A stretch of DNA of 64,000 bases, from positions 660,836 to 724,835 of the forward strand of contig NMRA01000100.1 in assembly GCA_002633005.1 (NCBI GenBank), given 5' to 3'. Of this stretch, positions 52,113 through 64,000 are shown one piece after another (positions within the stretch are counted from its first letter, which is position 1; every line of letters starts with the position of its first letter). A model generated the notes under the pieces. It was not told the origin of the DNA. It saw only the letters and a list, made by a program, of their open reading frames with translations, and did no database searches. Both the position numbers and the translations under genes were made by a program. This stretch comes from Phoronis australis. Lineage: Eukaryota > Animalia > Phoronida.

Positions 52113-52504
52113 CATTCGAGACATACCCGATACTCAAATGCTGGCAATTTAGTTGTACCAAACTACAAAACATCCAAGGAGTACTTTCTTTGTAGGTGGA
52201 GTGATTGCCTATAACAGTTTACCATTAGCTATTAAATCAATTACTGTTAAACGTACATTTAGAAGTAACTTAATAACTTATTTATTATCTAATTAACTGT
52301 ATATCTGCATGCATGTCAAAAATTGTATGTATTAATTAACTTACTTATTTATTTCATTTTCATTCATCTGTACATATCATTGTTCATCTTATTTATTTAT
52401 TTATTTTATTTCAAGGACCATGTGGTAGATAAGTTTTACACTTAACATGTCTTTTATCCTCTATAAATAGAGTTACATATTATTATTAGTATTATTATGA
52501 TTAT
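52113..52504 (+). mobile_element. 5'-truncated L2/CR1-group LINE 3' end (duplicated at 51785-52014)
   Basis: HSRHTRYSNAGNLVVPNYKTSK / STFFVGGVIAYNSLPLAIKSITVKRTFRSNLITYL matches the ORF2 C-terminal pattern H..TR....L.VP...T ... WN.LP..IK....FK..L. A 3' UTR and a (TAT)n tail follow. Confidence 0.75.
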
Positions 52505-52796
52505 GCAAAAAAGAAGAATTTGAGGTGAATGTGTATAGTATTGATATTAGATAACAAAGAAATGTTGCACGGTGTATCGAGAACTTAGGTAGCGATTTTA
52601 ACCCACGTGAGTACAAAAATCACAATTTTCTCACAGGAATTCATTATCATTCTGTGCCATTTTTTCATTATGTTAGGCGCTAACAACATAACACTAACTC
52701 ACGAAAACATGCGAAAGATTTTACTATTACTGTTAGGTAAACGATGGACTTGAAGCAAAGTAAAATAGTGAGTAAGAATGATTTTGTCTGCAAAAC

Positions 52797-55155
52797 CAGG
52801 CCCGTAGCCAGGGGGTTCGATGGGTTCGATCAAACCCCCCTCCGCGAAGAAGGTACAGCCCCATGCTATCCGTTAAAGATGGGATACAGATGCACAAAAA
52901 CAAAATTGTTGCAGCTACTGGTACTGCTAACTGCAATGATAACCAAGTTAGTTGTAATTTTGAATTTGCTTCTGATTCAATGACCTTCACGTAACCATTG
53001 GGCACTACCTGGCCTAAGCTTCACCTGAGTGGCATTTGCGTATATGACAGGATCGTGCAGACAATTAGAGGAGGCTTTATGTTATTTATCGGCATTGAAC
53101 ACACGTGGTGGTTGCCATGTAGGATAACAAGGAAGTCTAGAAGTAAATGTCTGTACCCAGCTAAGCTATATATATAGCAGCGAGAGACAGCAGCTCCCAA
53201 AAATTAATGCGGTGTTAATTCATTAAAATCTACCATAAGAAACAATACAGCAGAAAATAGGTGTGTTATCTGATAATGCTTGCTGACATTGGTATGGTAA
53301 AGGGCAGGCTTCTTCAAATTTGGAATTGAAAGTGTTCGTCAAATACAGGTATGTTTTTCATACAGTGTCCACTTCTATTGTGGGTTGGTGGAATGATATG
53401 CATGCATGTAAACTTGTGTGCATTTCCGTCCTTTTAAATTCAGTAGAAGTCGATGGTAAGTTAGCTGTAGGCAGCCCTCCATCGTTGCTCAAAAATCAGA
53501 TTTTAATTCTAACTGAGTTTTCTTGCACTGCGAAAACACCAATGAGCATGCTCACATTTTTGTGGAAAAGTAGGCCTAGACCCAATAAAAACTTTGGTTA
53601 ATGAGGATAGACTTCTCTTGTCAATAGTGTCAATGGTGCACAACCTCACAGACTTCATACGAGCAACTGATGGAAAAGATTTCCACGGTTAGATGCCACT
53701 ATTCCAAACATTCGCTACTTCGAAGGTCCACTACCCTCCGAAGATTCGTGTGACCTTCGAAAGTTCACAACTTCGAATGTCCACAATTCCAAAACCAGAA
53801 CTCCGACAGTTATTAGTTTTTTCTTAAACATAAGTAAACCCCAGGAGTATTTCGCATAAGGTTCCAATTCACACATTCACACTTTCGCACACATTCACTA
53901 GTAAAGCCCGAGCTCAGAGGAGTAGCAGACACGTTTCTCCAAACTTTGCTCGATTGTCAGCCAGTGAAGCCAGGAGGTGAACCCTGAGCTTTCCCAAACA
54001 GGAGTCGTAACAGACATGAATAAAGAATCATATTTTGTGTCCATTTAGTAAGCATTTAAAGGGTGTGCAATAGTTGAATAGTTCTTAGTATATTAATTAC
54101 ATTGTTTATAAATGCGCTCAGTTCCAATCACTGCCAAACGTATCATTCTTGAATCTAACTAACGACTCATTCTCAAGCATGGACAACATCCGGGGCACAG
54201 GGTCATGCATGGCTGCAATGACCAACAGTTTTAAATTTAAGAACACTGAATGGGGCTTTGTGACTGTGAAGACAGGCAGGTTCACGGTAGCCTCTAACTA
54301 CATTTGATTTTGACCCGGCCGTGTGCGTGGTTCTTGTGGGTGAGGTTCAGGTGCAGTCGTGCTGTGAAATGATGCGACCTTGACATGGATTTGATGAATG
54401 GTTGTGGTTGATAATTCATCAATTTTCGCACTCCATATTTTTAAAAATGCAATAATGTTCTAGTTTTTCTGTGTTGAAAAGACGCGGGTAATTTCGCATG
54501 CGCATGAAGTTCGGGCGTTGTTTTCGGTATAGGTACTATGTCAAATAACCGAAGTAACATTCATTTTTGCATGTGAAAGTTTAAAAATTACACGAGTTGT
54601 AAAAGTTTGATCTGTTTGTAGTATTGGTTATATAACCGAAAACTTGCTCCCGAAATACAGCCTCTTTTTGTAGTTGTGAACCTTTGCAGTATTGAACCTT
54701 TGGAATGCGAACCGAATGCTGTTCCCATTTCCAACGACGTAAACAACTTCAGTAATATGCAAAAATATAACTATATAAACAATTTCGTCAAGTTTTTCTC
54801 AGACAAAACATTTCTGTCCGAGTAGGTGTTATCACTCATTTATGCATGTCTGATTTGAAAATTTGGCAGGATGTAACGCCAGAATGTTTTTGACCACATT
54901 ACATCCAAATTGAGTCTCGTTCTTTGCGAGCAACTGTCACGGCATCCTCATCTCTGTTATTACTAATTCCGTATCATCTCAGAAACATAGAGCTGAGAGC
55001 CATCGTTGTGTATACAAGTTTCCCTCCCCCCTAATTAAGCTGCGTCAACTGAGGGCTTTAATGAAAACTCCTCAGTGTCTAGGTTTGCAAAATATCAAAG
55101 GTCCACCATTCAAGAAATTGGAACCACCCCCTGTACAATGCTGGCTACGGGCCTG
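52797..55155. mobile_element. 2.36-kb non-autonomous hAT-like TIR element with 5-bp TSD
   Basis: Perfect 15-bp TIR CAGGCCCGTAGCCAG / CTGGCTACGGGCCTG; AAAAC flanks both sides (52792-52796, 55156-55160). No intact ORF. Confidence 0.85.
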
Positions 55156-55510
55156 AAAACAAAAACTGTGTTATCCACCACAACACTGCAATGCTGGTAC
55201 TGTTTCTTTTTAACAATTTAACTCATTGTAGAATTGACTTGTGATGGGTGAATGGAAAGCAGTAAAACAAAACTGTTAACACAATAATCAGGTTAATGTC
55301 ATGAATGACTTCTAACACTATCAATTATTATAAGCCTGCGCTAGGTAAAGCTATTTATTTTGTTGCAATCAATCACAAACATTGTGTAATTGTTGCTCAA
55401 TACTCAAATTAAAGAATGGTTTAATCTTTGCAAAATAATGGAGAAATCATTAACTTTATCACCCACTAATTACACTGGTACCCTGGCAATCGACCATCTT
55501 GGCTTTTTAC

Positions 55511-56609
55511 TTTTTATGCGCCCACATATTTATATGTGGACGCATTATGCCGTCATCTCTGTCCGTCCGTCTGTCCGTCCGGGCGGCGTCCGTCCGGCGT
55601 CTGGCGTCCGGCATCCGCTGCTCTATCTCCAAAACCCTTTGACATACGTTCATGAAATTTAGCACATATGTTCCATTCATGAATGGGACGGCATGTGCGA
55701 ACTTTTGGACGGATCCGACTACCGATGTGTCCCCTAGTGGCAATTTTAGTTTTTTACGCTTACCTTTGTATCTTCAAAAGTCCTGAACGGATTTTCATGA
55801 AATTTGGTATGTAGGCACCTATTAGTGAGATGACGCTATCCTCCTGTTTTCAGATGGATTCGACATAGTTTGCGCCACCTAGTGGCCATTTTTACTGTTT
55901 TCGAGTCTGTATTTTTGCGTCCACCCCTCTATCAACCAAACCGCTCAAAGGATGATTGTGAAAATTGGCGTGTATGTGCTTACTATAAGGAAGACAGCTG
56001 ACAATGATTTTCAGATGATTTGGACTACTGTGGCGCCTCCTAGTGGTAGTTTTTTTTTTTTTGCGCCCATGGCTGTATCTCCCAAACCGTTTGCAGGATC
56101 TTTACTAAATTTAGCAAGTGTATTTATGTGATGTTGACAACGGACGATGACGACTTTAGGATGATTCTGACTACCGGTATTCCTCTAGTGGCAATTTTAG
56201 TATTTGCCTCTAGTGGCAATTTTCGTATTTTACATTGACCTCTGTATTTTCTTCAGGTGTGTACTTTGTGTTACTTCGTGACTATGAAGGAAAAGTTCCA
56301 AGTAGAAATTTGTTTCTGGCATTCTAATGCTGTGCTAATCTCGTATGTTGGTAAATTTGTTTTTAATTCTATGTTTTTGTGGTGCTTTAAGCAACTGGTG
56401 TATAGGATGTGCTTGTATTATGAAGATTACTCACATTTTGCCCCTACCCTATTGAGGAGACAAGGACCATTCCTTTCCATTTTGCAAAGTACAACATACT
56501 ACATATATGCCCTCTACTGGCCACTTTATGGTACCAATAAACAACCCTAGAAGGATACCGTATACGGTGCAATTGTGGGCGCATTTCAACGCTCTGCGTT
56601 GCTCTTGTT
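55511..56609 (+). mobile_element. Helentron-associated interspersed element (HINE / DINE-1-like)
   Basis: T-rich start; subterminal IR ATGCGCCCACA with partners at ~55535 and 56574-56584; (GTCC)n microsatellite 55560-55617; internal degenerate tandem cores; 3' hairpin CAACGC-TCT-GCGTTG followed by CTCTTGTT. Confidence 0.85.
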
Positions 56610-59453
56610 ATTTTTGTTATCCTATGCTATGAACATTTCACGTCACAACCATGCCCAAAATCAGCAGAAATAATAAAATCTGACACTCATAGCTCACTGT
56701 ACTATTGACCAAAGGTCTGGAGAGGCAAATGAGACTGTTTATTTATGCTGAATCGAAAACTGTAAAACAAAAAACGTAAAATAGAGTATTGGAAGCCATT
56801 TTGAAAAAAGCGCTACCTGTGGATCAAAGATGAGACAGCCACCTACTGCCCATGAGATTACGGAAATGGCCGATAGAAACCAAATTTGCTAACAGAGAAC
56901 TAAGTGTTACAGAAACGGCCGACAGAAGCTGATATTCAAAGAAAAGTTGTGGGATGTGCCGAGAATTCTTAATTGGATTAGGCAGTGACTTTAATCGCAT
57001 GACTAAAAAATCACAGAGTCCTCACAGGGATTAACTGTCATTCTGTGCCGATTTTGTAACACTTAACACACCAAAACTAGCAACAGAGTGAACCCAAGCA
57101 CCCATAAATCGTTGTGCAGTCACGTAAGTAAGACAGTACCTCATTGTGTTCGATTTTTGACTCGAAAGAAAGAGCAATCAGTAAAGCAGATATAGTTACT
57201 ATTTTTGTTTCCTATTGTGTGTTTTAAAACGCAGAACTTTGCAGTGCACTGGGAAAGTTTTGTTTGTTCGTTGACAGTCTAATCTTGCATAATGAATAAT
57301 TTGTAAACAAATTCTGCGGGAGTGCCCTCGTAACATCATGTATCCTCGAAAGAAAAGGACAACGAAGAGTGCAGGGATTTTCTCTTGACAAAACAACACA
57401 AAATGTGACAAAACACAGGCGACAATTGTCGCGAAGCCAAGTATTCGGCGGCGACAGGCCCGAATTAAGAAGTGTATACACGATGGAAGCTGGTGGGAGT
57501 GAAATTAAGCCGACTGACTGACGTCACTCAGACCATTGAGCCGACGGACTGACATCAAAAAAGCCGGTACGAAACTAGCCACCCTCTCTCCACGTCCTCG
57601 AAAAAACGGCCCTTGAGAATAACATAGAACACCTCAAATCTAAATAGGGGTCCGGTGCACTACCTGGGACCATTAGGCGGTGCGGAAACGGGCGCAACTA
57701 AGCACTGTAGTGGAGCGGGGAAGATGGAGTTCGAGTGAACGATGCATTCTATATAATAGATAACGAATTTTATGAGGAATTTATTTACATTTCAGAAAGT
57801 ATATATTTTGTAGGGGTTACAGGTAACAGAATTTAAGATATTAGCACATAATACAACCTCGTAAACAAGATTCACAGTTACCTTAATGTTTGCTTGTTAA
57901 AAATTTTCCTCTAGGAGAGATCTGTTCCTGTGCATATGAAAATCAATTATTAAGTTGTTGCCAGCCAACTTAACCGTAGTCTGCCAGTTTATTGCACGTT
58001 TAATGGGTCAGGAATGTGTGTATTTATCACATACTGGAGAGGTGCTGGTGACACTTGATTGAAGCATTACTTATTTGTTTCAGCTAAACATAATGAATGT
58101 ATGTTGAAAAGCTCATGTAATACTACTGGGTTTTTGCCACAAGATTGGCCTTTGAAGTGTTTCAGTTTGTCTCTGCTAATGACACTGTTGAAAAATGAAA
58201 GCGCTCCGAGGAGCGAACCTTGGCGAAATTAACCAAAAAGATGACGATAAAGATGATGACGAAGATGACGAATATGACGACGATGGTGAACAAAAGAAGT
58301 ATTAGTAACATACACATGACGAACGTAGAAGTCCGAAATCAGTAAGAAAAAGGCTACAGTCTTGTGCGACACTTGGCGAAATTAACGGAAAAGACAACGA
58401 CGGAGATGATGACGAAGATGATGACGATGATGACGAATATGATGATGGTGGTGGCGATGATGAACAACATCACAACATTCATATGACGAATTTAGATGTC
58501 ATAAATCAATAAGAAATAGACTACAGTCTACTTCAATAGAAGATAAACCAACATCAATGCAGCAAGAGCGCTCAACAAAGGNTCAGAAAGTATATATTTT
58601 GTAGGGGTTACAGGTAACAGAATTTAAGATATTAGCACATAATACAACCTCGTAAACATGATTCACAGTTACCTTAATGTTTGCTTGTTAAAAATTTTCC
58701 TCTAGGAGAGATGTTTCCTGTGCATATGAAAATCAATTATTAAGTTGTTGCCAGCCAACTTAACCGTAGTCTGCCAGTTTATTGCACGTTTAATGGGTCA
58801 GGAATGTGTGTATTTATCACATACTGGAGACGTGCTGGTGACACTTGATTGAAGCATTACTTATTTGTTTCAGCTAAACATAATGAATGTATACTGAAAA
58901 GCTCATGTAATACTACTGGGTTTTTGCCACAAGATTGGCCTTTGAAGTGTTTCAGTTTGTCTCTGCTAATGACACTGTTGAAAAATAAATGTGATAGGGG
59001 ATACTTGTCTGTGACTTTTTTGACAGGGAGGGAGGCTCAGCTGGAAATCATATCTGCCTATTTAGAGACTGGATTTGAAAAAAGGGACCAATGAAAAAGT
59101 CACACTCTTTTGAAGGGTTTTTGTTTAAGAAATGTCCCCCTTTTATAGAGGTTGATTCCATAACTTTATGCTTATCGCTCTCATAGGGATTGCTGGACAG
59201 CTGAATTTTTAACACATTAAGCCTCAGTCATAATGCAGGAGTATTAATGGCGTGCTGTGGAAAATGAGCAACTTTTTTGGCAAAGGAAGTTTTAAAAATA
59301 TAGATAATATGAAAGCCCTTCTGTAGTTGGAAAAAGGAACCTTTTGTAGAGGTTCGAATTCGAATCGTATTTGGGAACTGTCGGAAAGGCTTTCATAGAG
59401 AAACTGATCGGGAAGAAGTTCTCTTGTGAGTAGCACATGCGTTATTAGCTGTC

Positions 59454-59637
59454 TTGTAGAGTATCTCCTTGGCCATCATATGATGTTGTATTGTAGAGTA
59501 CCTCCTTGGCCATCATATGATGTTGTATTGTAGAGTATCTCCTTGGCCATCATATGATGTTGTATTGTAGAGTACCTCCTTGGCCATCATATGATGTTGT
59601 ATTGTAGAGTATCTCCTTGGCCATCATATGATGATGT
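59454..59637 (+). repeat. 37-bp tandem repeat (TTGTAGAGTATCTCCTTGGCCATCATATGATGTTGTA), 5 copies
   Basis: Direct units, each containing the 12-bp palindrome CATCATATGATG. Confidence 0.95.
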
Positions 59638-60267
59638 ACGTACACTACTAGGTAGAACTATGGCAGTCTGTTACTCTTCTGATCCAGCTCACTTAAATAT
59701 CATTAGGTATCTGACTGTAGTTGTTGCTTTAATAACTCAGCCACTTGCTGAAGCTATATTTCACTTAAAGTACACTCAGATAAGTAGTGTCAAGTTTGGC
59801 CTTCATAGATTGCAGCAAAAATGTTGCCAACTCCACCATTGAGAACGCTCATATTGAATTAATTTACCCCAAAAATGAAAGTGCGTTATTTAAAGCTTAC
59901 ACTTTTGAGTTTCTTACACATCAAACTTCCTGTGTGCTTCTTTTTATCATGAAAACATGCTGTGCTTGGTATTTTCTTTGTTATTGTTTTGTCTTCAACC
60001 TATTATCTAGCCAGTGGCCTGGTTGTAATGTTTAATCCAAGCTCTTGATTTAGTTTTCTCTTTGATTGTGAATGGAGATTGCAAGTGTGAACATAACAAA
60101 TAACACAGTAAAATGCATATTCCTTGTATTGAACCCACCTAGTTTGTTGCCTTGAGGCACCTGCTTGAATGTAGAAATGTTCACTACTGGAAAAAATACA
60201 ATAACTTCCAGTCTGCTTGGGCCTGACCTGACGACCAGTGACTGTTTGATTTGTTGTTTCCCCGCAG

Positions 60268-60358
60268 GCATTAGCCAGGTTACAGGAGCAGTACTCGTGT
60301 GATGATGCTCTGCTGCCAGAGAACCGGTGCAAGAACGCCTACCCAGAAGTGCTTCCAG
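60268..60358 (+). CDS. PTP gene exon (91 nt): ALARLQEQYSCDDALLPENRCKNAYPEVLP
   Basis: Acceptor TTTCCCCGCAG and donor G|GTCAGT; contains the motif-1 variant NxxKNxY..LP. Confidence 0.92.
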
Positions 60359-61020
60359 GTCAGTAAGCCGCAGTGGCTCAAGTGGCCATATTGTTAGGGA
60401 CCATCCATTGACCTTTCACAGATAGCCCAAGACGTGATTGTTGGATTAGTCTTCCCGAACAACACTGCAGTAGACGTAGATATGTAATCTGAGGAAATCA
60501 TTTCATTTCGGTGGCACTTTAATCAAGCACGCTTAAGTTCAGCTTATGATAAATACGAGTAAACAGGTAGCATCGCCTGCCACTTTACCAAACAGACACT
60601 TTCTGGATTGGATGACTCATATCTCACACACCTACGATCTGGGATGCGCACACCTGCATTTTTGATATTCGTAAAAAGGTAGCTGACCAAATCATTCTAA
60701 AAAATGATTGCATAGGGACAGATCATTTCTTATACTTTAAGAATGATGATGGTTCTGTTGCTTTGTTATATATAGCATGCTTGGGGACTACAAGTATGGT
60801 ATTGCACTATTTTGTTCTTGACCTTTTCATATTAGCGAAACATCACAGGTAAGTCAAGACAGCTGGTAAAATAAAAAGGTTGAGAATAATACAGTGGAAA
60901 ATGTGTTCATTAAAGTATGCTGAATGTGACTGACTGACCGACATTTTTGACTTGTTTTGCCATGTTTTTCTTCTTATTATTATTGTTATTGTTATTATTA
61001 TGTGCTTGCAAATATTGTAG

Positions 61021-61097
61021 ATGACAACAACAGAGTTCTGCTTGAGCCCATTCAAGGCCAACCTGGCTCTGACTACATCAACGCCACCTATATTGAT
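61021..61097 (+). CDS. PTP gene exon (77 nt): DDNNRVLLEPIQGQPGSDYINATYID
   Basis: TTGTAG acceptor and GTAAGA donor; contains PTP motifs DxxRVxL and DYINA. Confidence 0.96.
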
Positions 61098-61901
61098 GTA
61101 AGAGAGATAATTTTGTTGGAATGCATCAAAGAACTTAGTCAAGGGATGAAATGATATGAAACCTTCAGCTTTCTTTACTTGAAATAAATCTGTTTGCAAA
61201 AACTGTTAAGCCGCACTTTCAAGTTCATGTTTAAACAATTACTCTTCACTTATTGTCAGTGATTGCTCTATTTCAACAATGACGCACTAGTTGTATCATG
61301 TCCTAATGACTCTTGACTTGTGTCAGCTGACTGGCAGAGTTGTAATGAGCTGAACTGGTTTTGAGAAATTTAAATGCTATTCGCAATAACAGTGTTGTGT
61401 TGTGTGACATGTTGCCACCCTGTTTTAATATGTGGTCATTGTTGTGTGTCATATATCCTTGAATACCTCTTGCTACCAATCACATTTTGCTCTGGTTAGC
61501 TGGCTAAAGTTGAAAAGCAACTTATAGACCTTTCCAGTGTCATGAAGCAGTCTCTTAACTAATATCCCTTAATTTGTTGTGGTAGTATTCTGTTTGCCAG
61601 CTCAAGCCAAAGGCAATGTATACATGCGCCAAACCCAAGAATTTGTGAAGTGTTTTATTGAGTCGTTGGTGGTTCTGATGTTACTTGAATTGGCGATGGA
61701 AATAGAATCAGGGTAAAGAATATGCGAGATTGATTTTGTGGGAGTACAAGGCCTAATCGGATTTGTTTAACTTGTCAAACACTGGTGGACAAAATGCAGC
61801 TTTAAATCTTGAAGACATGTTTCATGGATGGGGTCTGTAATGAAAATGTAGTTATGGCAATAGTAATGCTGTTTTACAAATTTTGTTTTTTCATATTTCA
61901 G

Positions 61902-61938
61902 GGATATAAGAAAGTTAATGCATATATCGCTACTCAGG
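61902..61938 (+). CDS. PTP gene exon (37 nt): GYKKVNAYIATQG
   Basis: TTTCAG acceptor and GTATGT donor; contains motif YIATQG. Confidence 0.96.
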
Positions 61939-62919
61939 GTATGTATTCCTATTGTACAAAATTGTATTAAACACCCTTTAATTTAGGTCACAGTATAACG
62001 GATTAGGGGACTTTCTTTCAATTTTTTGGCAAAAATTAACATTCTAGAATAATTTACTTTTAGTAGCATGACTTGCATTGTGTAGCTTCCATGAAACAGA
62101 AAGTTGGTAAAATTCTGAGCGGTTTTGGCAACTATGTATTTTTATGGGAAATTGAAGAGAAATTACAGGAACTATGCATGAGGGGGACTGAGAACTGGTT
62201 CAAAGTGCCTAGTTCTTTAATGGCTTTACTGTCTCTGTGTTGTTCAGGCTATAGACCATTTATGTGATATCGAGCAAGCAGGATGTTTGTCCCACTAACC
62301 TTGGTCTCATGAGGCATATTTTGTGAGACCATCACACTGGTGTTCCACATGCGAGGTTATGGAACGAGATAGCCATTTTTCCCACTTTTCTGCTTGTTTG
62401 TGAAGCCGGAAGTAGTCCATTAGAGCTTCATTATATGCATTTCAGTTACCATTATACTAGTTTACTTGCAGGACCAAAACGTTTGATGAGTAAATAAAAT
62501 AATTTAGTGTTGTTAATGAAAAAAAGGAAGCCCATCCCATTTTGTGAAATAAAAAATAGTCTGGGATCACGTCTTTGGTGTATGTCTGTCTGTGGTATCA
62601 TTTCAAACCTTATTCGCTTATGTTGTGTTCACTATGCTCTCGTGAAGACACTCTGCGTTTGATAGATAAAGCTAATTCATAATTTTATCTTCTTCAACAA
62701 CATTGACCTTTTACAGAAACATGAAGTGTTTGTACCATTCTCTTGAACCCCCTCGTTATTGTGTTATTATCACACTGTCTGTTTGCGTGAACATGAACTG
62801 AGCTTGTAGGGGAGATACCATGTCTCAATTACAATTTAGGATTTCATTATGCAAATTTAAATAGATTGCCACAGCCATATACATATCCCCTGTGAACGTC
62901 TTGCGGCCTTTGTTGACAG

Positions 62920-63017
62920 GACCTAAAACGCAAACCGTCGTTGACTTCTGGCGTATGGTGTGGCAGGAAGGCGTCCATTGTATCGTCATGGCAACTAATT
63001 TATTCGAACATGCCCGG
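62920..63017 (+). CDS. PTP gene exon (98 nt): [32 protein letters not shown]; gene continues beyond the window
   Basis: TTGACAG acceptor and GTAAGC donor; contains motifs TxxDFWxMxW and IVMxT. Reading phases of all five exons join. Confidence 0.96.
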
Positions 63018-64000
63018 GTAAGCTATTTACGAGTGCTTTGCTTTGCGTCAGCGTACTGACCATGAAATATATTGTGTAAACATTGAATTGTGTTTAAGTA
63101 CTTGTAAATATTAGTCCAATAATGACATTGCCATTCACTGTGCAAGCCGCAGTAATTGTGCTGTCATCAGACATTACTGAATGATTAGATGAACAGACTT
63201 CCTGGTCTATGCATGATGTCACATGACTTCCCACCAACCAACTCTTACTTATTCGCTTTTGTCAAACTTCTGGTTAAGGTTATTTCGAACCTTATGATCT
63301 TGTCTGCATTTAGCCAAATATTAACAGGGTATATATTTTCTGAAATTAGAAAGTCTGTAGAGTTCCATTTTTGACTTTACCAATCTGCTATTAATTAGAT
63401 CACATGACTGTGTTTTTAAGTAACAACTAGCAAAAAACAAAGGAACATCCATAGCAAAACAATGGTATCAACAACATGGCCAAATTTCCTTGGATGTATG
63501 TGTACACGATGGAATCTCAGAAATACTGTTAGTTTTTTAAATCATCGTTTCGTTTTCATTTTATTGAGTTTTTTTGTGAAACTCTTAAAAGTCCTATTTT
63601 TGATATCCCCTCGTGAAAAATTGAAAAATTTGAAAAACATTTCCTAACAGCTTTTTGAAGTACAGTGCATAGAGCATGCTATCTGAAAGTTACAATTTCT
63701 GAGACATGATGTTATGAAGTTCGACAAACTTGGCCATTTTTCTAGGGTCCCACGTAACCTTAAAGTCTCATGCAGTGCTATCTTTGCATGCGTGCACCCA
63801 GCCTTTATATGGGCCAAGCACGAATTTCTGACGATGTGGACCTTTTGCTGACAAAAAGGCGACAAGACTAAAAAAACTGGGTACCACCTTCAGAGCTGAG
63901 AACTGTGAACTGTGCATCTGCGCCTTTGTGGTGAACTTTGTCTAATTTTCTGAGACTGTTTGTTTCTCTGTGGCGGACCTTTTTGCCCACTTCGCCAGGG

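Larger units (their letters stand above)
50735..57760 (-). mobile_element. Non-autonomous Helitron, copy 2, expanded to ~7 kb by nested insertions
   Basis: The minus-strand 5' end is A|TCTATTATATAG at 57760 and both terminal ~300-bp blocks match copy 1. It encloses a LINE fragment, a hAT-like element and a HINE. Confidence 0.65.

Noticed and set aside
58240-58465. Acidic poly-Asp coding exon
   Set aside because: It is a (GAT/GAC)n microsatellite inside a duplicated repeat subunit, with no splice or ORF support.
63018-64000. Next PTP exon (KCxxYWP)
   Set aside because: No such motif with splice sites was found before the window end.

Overview
This is AT-rich, repeat-dense genomic DNA from an invertebrate animal, with assembly gaps; the repeat types suggest a mollusc or other lophotrochozoan (inference). 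It is not prokaryotic and contains no CRISPR array. The one intact host gene is the 5' part of a + strand protein tyrosine phosphatase. Its first coding exon is at 36996-37157, followed by a ~23 kb intron and four PTP-domain exons of 91, 77, 37 and 98 nt (60268-63017); the gene continues past the window. The protein has receptor-PTP D1 exon structure but no visible signal peptide or transmembrane segment. The rest is mostly transposon debris. It includes a decayed THAP-transposase 5' end, an internally deleted Kolobok element (THAP gene convergent with a KolX/P2X7-ballast-like gene, TTAA TSD), and a CAC...GTG element with a 5-bp TSD (Transib-like). It also includes two CAG...CTG elements with 5-bp TSDs, two non-autonomous Helitrons with different cargo, HINE/Helentron-like elements carrying arrays of CTCF-like motifs, foldback elements, a LINE 3' end and several minisatellites with hairpin units. 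A ~2-3 kb CpG-rich island at ~30.2-32.4 kb has no decodable content. Almost all entries in the ORF track are spurious. I did not find convincing evidence of a new multi-gene system; the best candidates are listed as findings.
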